A DNA stretch of 64,000 nt from Candidatus Thalassarchaeum sp. (GTDB taxonomy: Archaea > Thermoplasmatota > Poseidoniia > Poseidoniales > Thalassarchaeaceae). The stretch spans positions 7,569 through 71,568 of the forward strand of contig JAKURM010000001.1 of assembly GCA_022449945.1 (NCBI GenBank). The letters are read 5' to 3'. Below the pieces are notes generated by a model. The model searched no databases and was not told the DNA's origin. It saw only the letters and a program-made list of their open reading frames with translations. The translations under genes were made by a program, and so were the position numbers. Below, one piece after another: positions 20,672 through 30,208 of the stretch (the first letter of the stretch is position 1; the number at the start of each line of letters is the position of its first letter).

Positions 20672-23600
20672 TCAGAGGTCTACTCTTTCTCCGCAAACGG
20701 GGCATTTGGTAGCGACAACTCCCTCGCCCGCGGAGAACCTTCCCCCACAGTTTGCACAAATTGTCGGTTTCCCTCCGACGAACTGACTTCCGGGTGCAAT
20801 ATCGGGGAATGGCAATTTATCCGGACTAACAACTTCTCCTTCTAAGATTTCAGCATCAGAAATAGGCATGCTGCCGGACTCGGCCCTTTTCTCTCTGCGC
20901 CCCCTCCTAGCGGAGGCCCCCGTGTCTTGCTCGGAACTCGACTCTACCAACTCAACCAAATTGGCATCTACTGAAATGTCGGAATCATCGACCAAGTCAA
21001 CTATGTCATCCTCCATTCGCACTTGGGTGCCATCATCGATAGCCCTTCTCTTGCCAATCCACCTAATTCCTTGGGCAGAAAGTGATACTAGTGTCACTAG
21101 GCCAAGAATGAGAATTGCGAAGGCTACTCCAATCACTAGAATCTCAAAACTTTCCTGGTCAAGTCCCAATGATGATCTTACCCGATCAACCAGGTCAACA
21201 TCCCTGATATCGCTGTCATCGTCAATTAGGGACCTGATTTGCCAACCGCTCGGAGTAGAGACAACTAGCATGCTTTCCCCGAGTTCGGGCGATCTATCTG
21301 CCATTTCGAATTGCCCTGAGACAATGACATTGGAAAGCCCGATCCAATTCCCCTCATAGCTGACTTTTCCGAATTCCACTTGAGGCCCATATGGCCCAAC
21401 TCTGTCGAAAATCACCTGCAAGCCATTAGCCGTCTCGATGATCTCCGAACCTGTCATCCCTCTAGCAGGGATTCGAGACTCCATTCCCTCTTCAGCTTTG
21501 AATCTTGAATCCGCCACAATCGAGACCAATTCCGAGTCTTGGGGGTCTCCCTCTCTCCAGATTGCGATTATACGATCCTCCTTGTCCTCAACAACAACGG
21601 CCAATTCAGGAAATGAAGCTTCATCCCCTACTGCCTTCTTGTAACTCCATGTCGAGTCAGAAATCCCCCCATGGGCATACCATAGGCCAATCCTCTCAAC
21701 TCCTGTTGTGTCGTTCCTACTTGTCTGGTAAAGGAGATGGCCCTGTTCATGCCCGAACTCTATTGCAAGCGGTTCTGATAATGATGGTGGAACATCTATG
21801 TCCGAAATTATGCTCGGATTTTGCGTCCAATCAGAAGAAGAGACCGGAGCATCAGCGTATATGGTGAAGATGTTTGTAACATCATCCATGGTTCCTCCTG
21901 TGAAAATATCCCTGTGGTAACCTGCAACGATGATTTCTGTATCCTTAACATCCAAGTCAACTCCCCAGTATTTTCCATCCGAAAGTGGCATTCCACCTAG
22001 GAGGTCTTGAATCGGGGCCATTCTGCATGTCGGGTCAATTGTCGAGTAGCTCACTGTCTGCATTAGGAAGCCGTTCGAGTCCAAATACCTCCTAGTCCAA
22101 ACTAGATGTGCATAGCCATCTTGAGTACTATGCACTGCTAGGTCTCCCGACCAACGATCCTCCATGATGTTGGTACATTGAATTAGTGACTTTGAAGGAG
22201 TAAGGCGGTAAAGGTACAGAGTCCCTTCCTTTTCGCTAATCAATATGTCACCCTCTTTTTTGTCAATACTGATTATCTCTATGGGTTCTTCCCCGATGTT
22301 GATATCAGCCGCCCTCGGCCCGGTCAAGGTTGAGCTGTCTACAAGGATCGTCTTGGACAGGTCATTGTTTGACCAGTCCAGGTCACTTCCATCTTCCACA
22401 ATCGCATTTATCCTGATATCCCTAGGACCAGAACCGTTTGGTGTGTAGTAGAAAGAAATCGTTGAGTGGGAACCTCCCAAGACAAATGGAGTGCTAGAGT
22501 TGCCAATCTGCTCCCACCCCCTCTCGGTCTTCTCTTCGAGAATACCAATCACTTCCATTGAATCTGTGGAACCTAGATTGTCCACCCTTGCCTCTATGAT
22601 GACTTGTTCTCCCGGCCGAGGAACTGCCGGACTGGTTGATATTGAGCCAGACCTAATTGCCAGGTCGACTCCTGGTGGCCTAGGGAGAACGGCGAATGTC
22701 CCAGAAAGTTGATTGTTCGAATCGTCCAATTCTTGAATAGAGTTCAACGGATCGATTGTAATTCCAATCTGCGCATCTCCTTCTGTACTTGGGTTCCAGT
22801 ACAGTACAATCTCTACGAATTCTCCAGTGTCTATGTTCGGGATGACGTACTCGTCTCTTCTAGAACCGCTTTCCTCCAGAATCACTCCGACATCGGTTGC
22901 CGCCTTGTCGCCGGTATTGCGCATAGTTGCCCTGACTTCCAGGAAAGTGTTAACATACGCCTCTTTCATTGGTATACCAAACTCTTGGACTGAGATCGAA
23001 CTACTTACGAACTGCAAATCTGGCTGTGGAGGGACATTGTCTACTACAACGAATCTACGTATCTCATCCGTAACTACTCCCGGGGCACTGATGAGCCTGA
23101 CAGACAGCCTATACTCGTCGTCTTTGACATTAGTGGTATCCCAGTTGAAACTCCAATCTTTCCATCCATAGTCCCCTTCGACGCACCGGGTGTCGCTTTG
23201 CTCTTCCCTGAACATGTGTACGCAGTATGGGTGATCGTCTACTTCGCCCGGACTGGAGCCATGCCCTATTCCATATGCGTCCCAGGTACCATCACTGTAG
23301 AATGCCCCTTCTTCCCAGTCCTCACTATCCAACCTCCATTGAATTGTTCCATTGAAAACCGATTGGAATTGACCCCTGACCTGCACAGATCCCGATACTT
23401 CATCAAGCCCGCTTGGTGACTCCAGGGTGATGTTGACCCTCCCAACCGGGAATGAGAACTCCGTGGTATTGCTCCATCTGCCGATATCGTTTCTTGCAGC
23501 AACCTCTCCATATACCATCACTTCACTGTACTCTTCGGGCAAATTGGGGACCGTGAAGGGGACGGTCCAATTGGTGATCCCGATTGGATTAGTCCAATCT

Positions 23601-25576
23601 ACTAACATAGATGCTGTTGTCGGCTTGTTGTACTCTTCTCTGTAGTTTATCCTAACCCGAACTAGGACTTCTTCTATCGTACCATTGTCCTCCCCATCTT
23701 CATCAATGTGCCCACGGAGGTTGTATGACTCGCCCTCAATAAGCCACGAGTGCTTTGCTGGGCTCTCTATCTCGACCCAGTGTCCTTGTTGGGGGTCTCC
23801 TGGGCCCAGGCTCTGGTTTGTATTACCACCTCCGGTACCAAACATTTCGCTAGCCACTAATCCCCCATCGATTATTCCGAATCCGTATTTTTCATTCCAT
23901 GAGTAGCCTTGGTATGTATCATCAGTAGACCATTCGTCTCTAAACTCCGATCCAGCCATCAGGAACTCCCTGATTGCCTCACTCCTGCTACCATCTTCCG
24001 AATCCATGAAGTCCATTTTCCTAGACTCCCCGATTTCCATCATGATTGCTACCAGTCCCGCCACAGCAGGCGTGGACATGCTTGAACCTGACTTCTGGAC
24101 ATAGTCATCCTTGGCCCTATTGACATCAGACCCCGGGATGATGCCGGAAGACTCAGCGTGCTTGGCCGAATTGATGTTTGATCCCGGGGCCACGACCCAC
24201 GGCTTCATTTCGTCATAGGAGTCGGCATCTCCGTCGTCCTGCCTCGGACCGTAGTTTGAACTGGAAGAAATCTGGTCATCCTCCCTATCTATCGAATTTT
24301 TGTCATCTAGCCAACCAACTGTAATTGCGGTGTCAGCCGAACCAACTGAGTTTACGTTGTTCGCACCATCGTTCCCTATTGCTGCAACGCACACCAACCC
24401 ACTTTCGGAAGCCTGGTTGACCAGATTCGCCTCTGCCGAGGTCCCGTCTTCGTTGTTGTCAGATGCTCCGGTACTGGCACGGCCGAAGGACATCGAGACA
24501 ACCTGGATTCCCCTGCTTGACTCGTTATTTCCCCAGTCGGTATCTTTGTTGTTTATCACCCATTGAAGTCCGGCTAGTATCGATTGTGAATTCCCCCCGC
24601 CGTAGTCCTCCATTACCTTGACGTCAACTAGGTAGGAGCCAGGGGCGTACCCTTGTACAACTCTAGAAGAGTCGCCTGTTCCCAGTGCGATTCCGGCTAC
24701 ATGCGTACCATGCCCATCTCCGTCATCCGGGTCTTCCTCCGAGCATCCAGATTGGCCGACTCCCGTCGAATCGCATCCTGCCACCCACTTTGGATCCTCG
24801 AGGTCGTCTGGCTCGTTTGAGTTGTCATTGTTGTCATCCGAAAAATCGTCAAGGGAGAAGTGCTCGTTATCCACTCCAGTGTCCAATATAGCAATCACAA
24901 TTCCAGAACCATGGTACCCAAGACCTCTGATGGCATCATCGTACACGTCGGATTGGCGGACCTTGGATCCTTTTGCTGCCTTGTCCAAGTAGGGAACGAT
25001 TACGTTTTGCTCTTCTACCAGGACAACCCCCTCCAATCCCCAGATTTCCATCAGGGAGCTAACAGGCACGTGATCCAGAACAATTGCATCTAAGTTGTCC
25101 ATCGGCATGAACCAAGACCCATCCTGTTCCCAGCCATGGGACTCTATGACTTCCCTGATGGAATTGATATCAGAGGTCCCAGGGTGCCATGCATAGTGGA
25201 CAATTATGGCTACAGTTTGTCTTCCATCATCCCCCAATATGGAAGTCTTGGAAACCGATTCCCTCTCTTCCAAGATTATTTTTTGTAGTCTATCATCAAG
25301 TCCATTTGAGTCAGCATCTGACCAGAATCCGTACCACCAACCATATTCCATAGCAGGGGGCGAGGAGTCAAGTGGGGTGAATTCCGGTGAGCGATTCTTT
25401 TCTTCACAGAGTAAGAATTCACAGAAGGACATATCGGCATCATTGCTTGATGGCTCGTTCAATGCCTCGTTGGCATCATTGGAGAGATTTCCTGAGGCCA
25501 TTCCAACCGAAATATCGAGCACCAACAACATCAAGGCAGCGATAATTGGTGTGACTGAACCAACCCTTTTTGACAT
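20672..25576 (-). CDS. Secreted S8 (subtilisin-like) serine protease with Ig/CARDB domains, C-terminal TM and cytoplasmic zinc ribbon
   Basis: Triad ILDTG / HGTHVAG / GSSMSTP; CARDB-like N.G...E.D.SNN motifs; TM followed by KRR; terminal CANC...CPVC. Start MSKRV chosen; the ORF is open to 25618. Confidence 0.92.
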   Translation of the reverse strand: MSKRVGSVTPIIAALMLLVLDISVGMASGNLSNDANEALNEPSSNDADMSFCEFLLCEEKNRSPEFTPLDSSPPAMEYGWWYGFWSDADSNGLDDRLQKIILEERESVSKTSILGDDGRQTVAIIVHYAWHPGTSDINSIREVIESHGWEQDGSWFMPMDNLDAIVLDHVPVSSLMEIWGLEGVVLVEEQNVIVPYLDKAAKGSKVRQSDVYDDAIRGLGYHGSGIVIAILDTGVDNEHFSLDDFSDDNNDNSNEPDDLEDPKWVAGCDSTGVGQSGCSEEDPDDGDGHGTHVAGIALGTGDSSRVVQGYAPGSYLVDVKVMEDYGGGNSQSILAGLQWVINNKDTDWGNNESSRGIQVVSMSFGRASTGASDNNEDGTSAEANLVNQASESGLVCVAAIGNDGANNVNSVGSADTAITVGWLDDKNSIDREDDQISSSSNYGPRQDDGDADSYDEMKPWVVAPGSNINSAKHAESSGIIPGSDVNRAKDDYVQKSGSSMSTPAVAGLVAIMMEIGESRKMDFMDSEDGSRSEAIREFLMAGSEFRDEWSTDDTYQGYSWNEKYGFGIIDGGLVASEMFGTGGGNTNQSLGPGDPQQGHWVEIESPAKHSWLIEGESYNLRGHIDEDGEDNGTIEEVLVRVRINYREEYNKPTTASMLVDWTNPIGITNWTVPFTVPNLPEEYSEVMVYGEVAARNDIGRWSNTTEFSFPVGRVNITLESPSGLDEVSGSVQVRGQFQSVFNGTIQWRLDSEDWEEGAFYSDGTWDAYGIGHGSSPGEVDDHPYCVHMFREEQSDTRCVEGDYGWKDWSFNWDTTNVKDDEYRLSVRLISAPGVVTDEIRRFVVVDNVPPQPDLQFVSSSISVQEFGIPMKEAYVNTFLEVRATMRNTGDKAATDVGVILEESGSRRDEYVIPNIDTGEFVEIVLYWNPSTEGDAQIGITIDPLNSIQELDDSNNQLSGTFAVLPRPPGVDLAIRSGSISTSPAVPRPGEQVIIEARVDNLGSTDSMEVIGILEEKTERGWEQIGNSSTPFVLGGSHSTISFYYTPNGSGPRDIRINAIVEDGSDLDWSNNDLSKTILVDSSTLTGPRAADINIGEEPIEIISIDKKEGDILISEKEGTLYLYRLTPSKSLIQCTNIMEDRWSGDLAVHSTQDGYAHLVWTRRYLDSNGFLMQTVSYSTIDPTCRMAPIQDLLGGMPLSDGKYWGVDLDVKDTEIIVAGYHRDIFTGGTMDDVTNIFTIYADAPVSSSDWTQNPSIISDIDVPPSLSEPLAIEFGHEQGHLLYQTSRNDTTGVERIGLWYAHGGISDSTWSYKKAVGDEASFPELAVVVEDKEDRIIAIWREGDPQDSELVSIVADSRFKAEEGMESRIPARGMTGSEIIETANGLQVIFDRVGPYGPQVEFGKVSYEGNWIGLSNVIVSGQFEMADRSPELGESMLVVSTPSGWQIRSLIDDDSDIRDVDLVDRVRSSLGLDQESFEILVIGVAFAILILGLVTLVSLSAQGIRWIGKRRAIDDGTQVRMEDDIVDLVDDSDISVDANLVELVESSSEQDTGASARRGRREKRAESGSMPISDAEILEGEVVSPDKLPFPDIAPGSQFVGGKPTICANCGGRFSAGEGVVATKCPVCGERVDL

Positions 25577-25594
25577 GGCTCTCGTAGAGAGCCA
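25576..25594. promoter_or_regulatory. Perfect 8-bp inverted repeat with GTA loop abutting the probable S8 start codon
   Basis: TGGCTCTC-GTA-GAGAGCCA. Confidence 0.45.
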
Positions 25595-25644
25595 AAGTAA
25601 TGGCCTGTATAACTCCAACCTATCCGGGCCTCAATCCGGTGACG

Positions 25645-26760
25645 TTATGGCCACTCGAAATGGGAAGCGGAAACCCCACATCTTAGTGTGCAAACATCGC
25701 GTTCAACCATTGCTATAATCTCCCCATCACATTTTGGACAGATCGTGTTTTCTGCCAACTCTTCTAGCCATGCTTGCCTGGTCTCCAGTTCATCACCTTC
25801 TTGACGAAGCTTAGCCAGAACTCTAGCCGCTCGACCTTCTAACTTCTTGCCCGACAGACTCCAGGGGTCTTCTCCCAGAACACCCATGCTCTCAACCGCC
25901 CGCCTTCTTGTTCCAGGAGAAAAACCACCTGATACCGTAGCACTTTCGTATAATTCACTGGGTGCCCCTTTGGCAATTGGTCGAGCTGCCACGTAGGCCA
26001 GTAAGAAGCCACCAACATGAGCCATATGTGCCACATTACTTTCTCCCGCCGTCCCTGTCTGTATGGAGTATATCTGGAATATCTCGAGCCCCAGCCTGAA
26101 GAATGCAATGAGCCATACAGGCCATGCCCGGATCAGGAACAATAGTGGGAACTCTATCTTGTCCTCGGGCCAACATGCCATGTACGCACCGAGAATTCCA
26201 AAGGCCGCGCCGCTTGCTCCTATTGCAGGAACAGATGACTGCGGATGAGTCGCAATCCACGCTATATTGCCTCCTAGCAGACCAATGATGTATACTGCAA
26301 TCCACCTCTTTGGACCCATCCTCTGCTCAAGTGGAACCCCGGCTAGTGCAATTACCAGAACGTTACCCAAGACGTGGATGAAATCCGCATGCAACCATGC
26401 TGCCGTAATTATTCTGTGATAATGGCCAAATCCTTCTCCGATGGGGATATTTTGATCTGTAAATATAGTCGGAACCAAGCTGAAAAAATGAATTGGGTGG
26501 AAGCTAATATTGAAAGTCTCCAGGGCAAACTGCAGAAACATTACCAGCAATAGAGAAAGTACCGTTGCCAGCGCAATGCTTGTCTGATTCCGTATTGCAG
26601 ATATGTATGGCCAAATTGCAACGGTAATTATTGCTACTACCCACAGCATGTCCGTTGACTCAAGAAGTCCCCATGCCCAGTCACTATCCGATGGCGCCGA
26701 CGCCATAACGGGCCCTGCTACCTTGTCCCCAAGAGTGCTTCGTAGGACGGAACCCCTCAT
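25645..26760 (-). CDS. Rhomboid intramembrane serine protease with C-terminal Cys/His domain
   Basis: WLHADFIHVLGN, LEQ, IGASGA (catalytic Ser), AHMAHVGG (catalytic His); tail CPKC...CG...H. Confidence 0.92.
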   Translation of the reverse strand: MRGSVLRSTLGDKVAGPVMASAPSDSDWAWGLLESTDMLWVVAIITVAIWPYISAIRNQTSIALATVLSLLLVMFLQFALETFNISFHPIHFFSLVPTIFTDQNIPIGEGFGHYHRIITAAWLHADFIHVLGNVLVIALAGVPLEQRMGPKRWIAVYIIGLLGGNIAWIATHPQSSVPAIGASGAAFGILGAYMACWPEDKIEFPLLFLIRAWPVWLIAFFRLGLEIFQIYSIQTGTAGESNVAHMAHVGGFLLAYVAARPIAKGAPSELYESATVSGGFSPGTRRRAVESMGVLGEDPWSLSGKKLEGRAARVLAKLRQEGDELETRQAWLEELAENTICPKCDGEIIAMVERDVCTLRCGVSASHFEWP

Positions 26761-26784
26761 ACGAAGTCACTGCACCGCTCCAGC

Positions 26785-28197
26785 ATGGGCCGGCTCTCCA
26801 TTGCCGAGACTAGGGAAGTTGTCGTCCACAGGGGTTCAAGCAGGGTCCTCTCATCCACATCATTCTCCCTCGAAGAGGGACAACTAGTTGCTATCGTAGG
26901 AGAAAACGGCTCTGGGAAGACAACATTGATCGAGACTCTAGCAGGAATAATCCCTCTGAGGGAAGGTGGTGTTTATTGGAGGGGAAAAGAAGGGAAAATT
27001 GTCACAGTAAGGGACTCTGAAGGACGTAGGAATGCCCCCCCGCCGATGGGACTGACTCTTCAAAAGGATGGGATATGCGGGGATGAGACCGTCAGAGAGC
27101 GCATGTCTGCTTCTCTAGAAGTAGCCGGGCTAAAGGTAGGAAACGAGGTAATAAACAATTTATTGGAAACGTGGGGGATATACCACAGATCTGAGGATCG
27201 AGTTCTTCAACTCTCAGGAGGTCTTCGAAGGAGACTCTCGCTGTTATGCGGAATCGCACCCGCGGCACTTCGTGATGAACCAACTGCTGTACTACTTGAC
27301 GAACCTTCAGAAGGCCTTGACAAATCAGCAAAGGATACATTGGTGGGTTGGCTAAGGGCACTTTCCTCTAGGAATCACGGAGTTGTCTTTGCAACCCATG
27401 ACAGTGATTTGATCAAATGCGCAGATAGGGTATTATACATCAATGATGGGCATCTATCGGAGGAAAAGGGAGAGTCTTCAGGTAATCTCTGTGTGTTGCC
27501 AGAAACATGTACCTCGGAGGAGCCCAGCCCAATATTCTCGGCTGTAAGATGGGCTCTAAGGACGGAGTACAGGAACCCCATCGATACCATTGGCAAGGCT
27601 ACTCCAGCAGTAGTCTGCCTCTTGCTGGCATATGCCTTAGTAGGGGAATTGGATATTGATTCCCATGGTAGTGAACTTCTTGCAGCATTGGTTCTTGCCC
27701 CGGCATTCATTACGGCAATATCCTCTCCCGCAATACTGCACCGTCTTTCCGAATCAGACAGCGGTAGGTGGTGGGATGCAGTGGTGGGCCCAATGGCTCG
27801 TCCAGCCTTCTCAATCGGAGGGGCTTCGATACTATTGCCAATCCCCATTGTTTACCTCTCTTGGTTCGTCCTAGCGGGCTCGGTAGATCCTAATACTTCA
27901 TCAGAGGTACTTTGGTGGCTTTGGCTGCCTGCGCTCTCAATGTTGGACTTGGCCGTGGCAGCAACTTCACTACATCTTCTGGTTTCTGACCTATCCAGGT
28001 CAAGTGCCGTACCTGCACCTCTTCTTCTGATTGTTCTGGTTTGGCCATTCCTTGAGCTCACTGATGCATTGGCAGCAATTATCGATGGGGGGATGGAATT
28101 CAGCCTCACCCTGCAGGATCCGATAATTACGTGCCTAATCGCCAGCCTAATCTCCGCTCTAGTCTGGCTTGGAGCTGTACTGATTCCAGATTATTGA
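26785..28197 (+). CDS. ABC ATPase fused to a ~6-TM permease; probable CcmA-CcmB fusion
   Basis: GENGSGKTT, LSGG, LLDEP, THD in the N-half; hydrophobic CcmB-like C-half (PLLLIVLVWP); precedes ccmC. Confidence 0.75.
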   Translation: MGRLSIAETREVVVHRGSSRVLSSTSFSLEEGQLVAIVGENGSGKTTLIETLAGIIPLREGGVYWRGKEGKIVTVRDSEGRRNAPPPMGLTLQKDGICGDETVRERMSASLEVAGLKVGNEVINNLLETWGIYHRSEDRVLQLSGGLRRRLSLLCGIAPAALRDEPTAVLLDEPSEGLDKSAKDTLVGWLRALSSRNHGVVFATHDSDLIKCADRVLYINDGHLSEEKGESSGNLCVLPETCTSEEPSPIFSAVRWALRTEYRNPIDTIGKATPAVVCLLLAYALVGELDIDSHGSELLAALVLAPAFITAISSPAILHRLSESDSGRWWDAVVGPMARPAFSIGGASILLPIPIVYLSWFVLAGSVDPNTSSEVLWWLWLPALSMLDLAVAATSLHLLVSDLSRSSAVPAPLLLIVLVWPFLELTDALAAIIDGGMEFSLTLQDPIITCLIASLISALVWLGAVLIPDY

Positions 28198-28235
28198 GGA
28201 AGAGCATTCTTGACTAGTCAAACAGTCGCAGACTC

Positions 28236-28949
28236 GTGCTTGATTCGAGGTCGGCAGCCGTCCCACTCACTGCCTTGGGCCTGCTTGGGGCTGGTACTAC
28301 TGCTATTCTAGGATTTGTTTGGGCGCCATTGGTTAACCCCGATGTATGGCATGCCCCAGAGGCATATCGGATTCTCTACTGGCACGTTCCTTTCGCATGG
28401 ACTTCTTTCCTTGCGTTCTGCCTATTGTTCGCTGGCTCTCTGTTATGGTTCCTCAGACGTTCCGAGAGGGGATGGGGGATGCTTGTCATTGGTTCCGAAC
28501 TTGGGCTCCTTTTTGGAACTGGGGTAATAATTTCTGGGCCCATTTGGGCTTCGGCGGAGTGGGGTGTTCCATGGGACTGGGGGGACGCACGGCTGAATAC
28601 GTATGCCTTGCTAACGGCTGTTGCACTTTTCCTTGTGATGTCCATCAGAAGCCAACCGGATGGTGAAGAGACCAGAGACAGCCTTTCCACCATCGGAATA
28701 TTGGGATGCGTCGTATTGGTTCCCATTACCGTATTCGCAACCACGCTTTGGCAAAATAGACACCCAGGTGTCGTCGTATTAGAGTCAGAGGAGACTGGCC
28801 TGGATCCAGATATCAAGCTAGTTTTGATGCTGGGCACGGCCTCTTTCCTAGTCTTATTTGCCGGGCTAGTGGCACTGAACGATGCGATCAGGTCGGCTTC
28901 CAAGAAAAACGAGGAATTACTGCTGTCCATCGATAAGGAGGCTCTTTGA
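28236..28949 (+). CDS. ccmC: Heme exporter / cytochrome c biogenesis protein CcmC
   Basis: YRILYWHVP, SGPIWA..WGVPWDWGDARL (WWD domain), W..RHP. Confidence 0.9.
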   Translation: MLDSRSAAVPLTALGLLGAGTTAILGFVWAPLVNPDVWHAPEAYRILYWHVPFAWTSFLAFCLLFAGSLLWFLRRSERGWGMLVIGSELGLLFGTGVIISGPIWASAEWGVPWDWGDARLNTYALLTAVALFLVMSIRSQPDGEETRDSLSTIGILGCVVLVPITVFATTLWQNRHPGVVVLESEETGLDPDIKLVLMLGTASFLVLFAGLVALNDAIRSASKKNEELLLSIDKEAL

Positions 28950-29089
28950 TGTCTGGGACTTTCGAGGCCGTGCTTACCTATGCCATTCTCTCAACATTGC
29001 TAGGATTCTACGTGTTCGGCCGTATCAAGCTTCTTTCACAGCTAACTTCAGATATCTCTGCTAGCCGCTTGGATCTCAGTGAAGAATAG
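28949..29089 (+). CDS. Small single-TM protein (46 aa), CcmD-like, not in the ORF track
   Basis: ATG overlaps the ccmC TGA and has an AAGGAGG SD; MSGTFEAVLTYAILSTLLGFYVFGRIKLLSQLTSDISASRLDLSEE*. Confidence 0.7.
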   Translation: MSGTFEAVLTYAILSTLLGFYVFGRIKLLSQLTSDISASRLDLSEE

Positions 29090-29149
29090 CCACCCTAAAC
29101 TCTCGGAAGCCTTCTAACGGGGAGTATTAGCGCAGAATCGGGGAAATCC

Positions 29150-30208
29150 ATGACTGGAGGGGCTTTTTGCATTATTTGTGGAGCGGAACCCCCCCTTTCT
29201 TCCGACAGGATGTGCGAGACCTGCCTCAGGGAGAGAACCGTCCTATCCATGATCCCTGAAAGGATTCAACAGGACAGATGTGCAAAGTGCTCCTCTTACG
29301 AAGTAAAGGGCAGATGGTCGAAAATGTCCGAAGATGACATCTCCGATATGAGGGTCAGAGAAAATCTAGTTCTCGAAGAGCGGGCCCTGGGGGCTAGCAT
29401 CTCATTCTCATCTCAGATTATCGATGACAGGACCATCAGGCTAGAAGTGGATGTCAGTGGAATAATCGAGGGTTACGAATTTTCCGACTCCCATTCAACC
29501 CTGCTCCAAACGAGCAATGCCGTTTGCCCCTCGTGTACTAGGAAGGCGGGTGACTACTTCGAAGCAACAGTTCAACTGCGTTCTGCTGGAAGGAAACTCG
29601 ACGCGCAGGAATTGGCCGACCTAAGGTCAACTCTGGACGAACTGATAGAGTCCATGGAATCGAACCCGATGTTCTTCGTGACAAAAGAAGGGCCAGTCCC
29701 AGGTGGCTGGGATTTGCAACTGGGCTCGAAGAGCCTTGCTAGAAGTTGGGGTCGGAATCTCGTCAAATCTTTTGGGGGTTCAGTCAAGGAAAGCTCGACA
29801 GTAGTTGGTATGAACGATGGCGTGGAGGTAACAAGGCTGACCCTCAGTTACAGGAAGCCCGCGTACGCCATCGGAGACGTGGTAAAACACAAGAAGTCAC
29901 TATGGCTTGTGTCTAATTGGCAGAAGGACGGCCCGATTCTGCGAAGGATAGACAGATTTGAGAGAAGCGGCGCTACTTGGCGAGACATGGAATCATCCTC
30001 CGTAGTGTGTTCGAAGTCCGAACAGCATGTAATACAGGTCCTGAACAGAGACAGCTCTGCTGCCGAGTTCATGGATCCATCAGACTACAAGGTCACAACA
30101 GTGGCACTTCCCTACGATGACGACGGTGAAGCGGGAGAATTGCGCATCGCCTTCATAGACGGGGGGTGGCTGGCTCTGCCTGTCTCTGACAGGAGTGGCG
30201 GGAAATGA
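29150..30208 (+). CDS. NMD3 family ribosome biogenesis protein
   Basis: CIICG..CETC, CAKC, CPSC..AGDYFEATVQLR, GWDLQLGS. Confidence 0.9.
   Translation: MTGGAFCIICGAEPPLSSDRMCETCLRERTVLSMIPERIQQDRCAKCSSYEVKGRWSKMSEDDISDMRVRENLVLEERALGASISFSSQIIDDRTIRLEVDVSGIIEGYEFSDSHSTLLQTSNAVCPSCTRKAGDYFEATVQLRSAGRKLDAQELADLRSTLDELIESMESNPMFFVTKEGPVPGGWDLQLGSKSLARSWGRNLVKSFGGSVKESSTVVGMNDGVEVTRLTLSYRKPAYAIGDVVKHKKSLWLVSNWQKDGPILRRIDRFERSGATWRDMESSSVVCSKSEQHVIQVLNRDSSAAEFMDPSDYKVTTVALPYDDDGEAGELRIAFIDGGWLALPVSDRSGGK

Noticed and set aside
20664-20759. N-terminal extension of Maf
   Set aside because: It overlaps the S8 zinc-ribbon coding end; the Maf motif begins at MDSIILAS.
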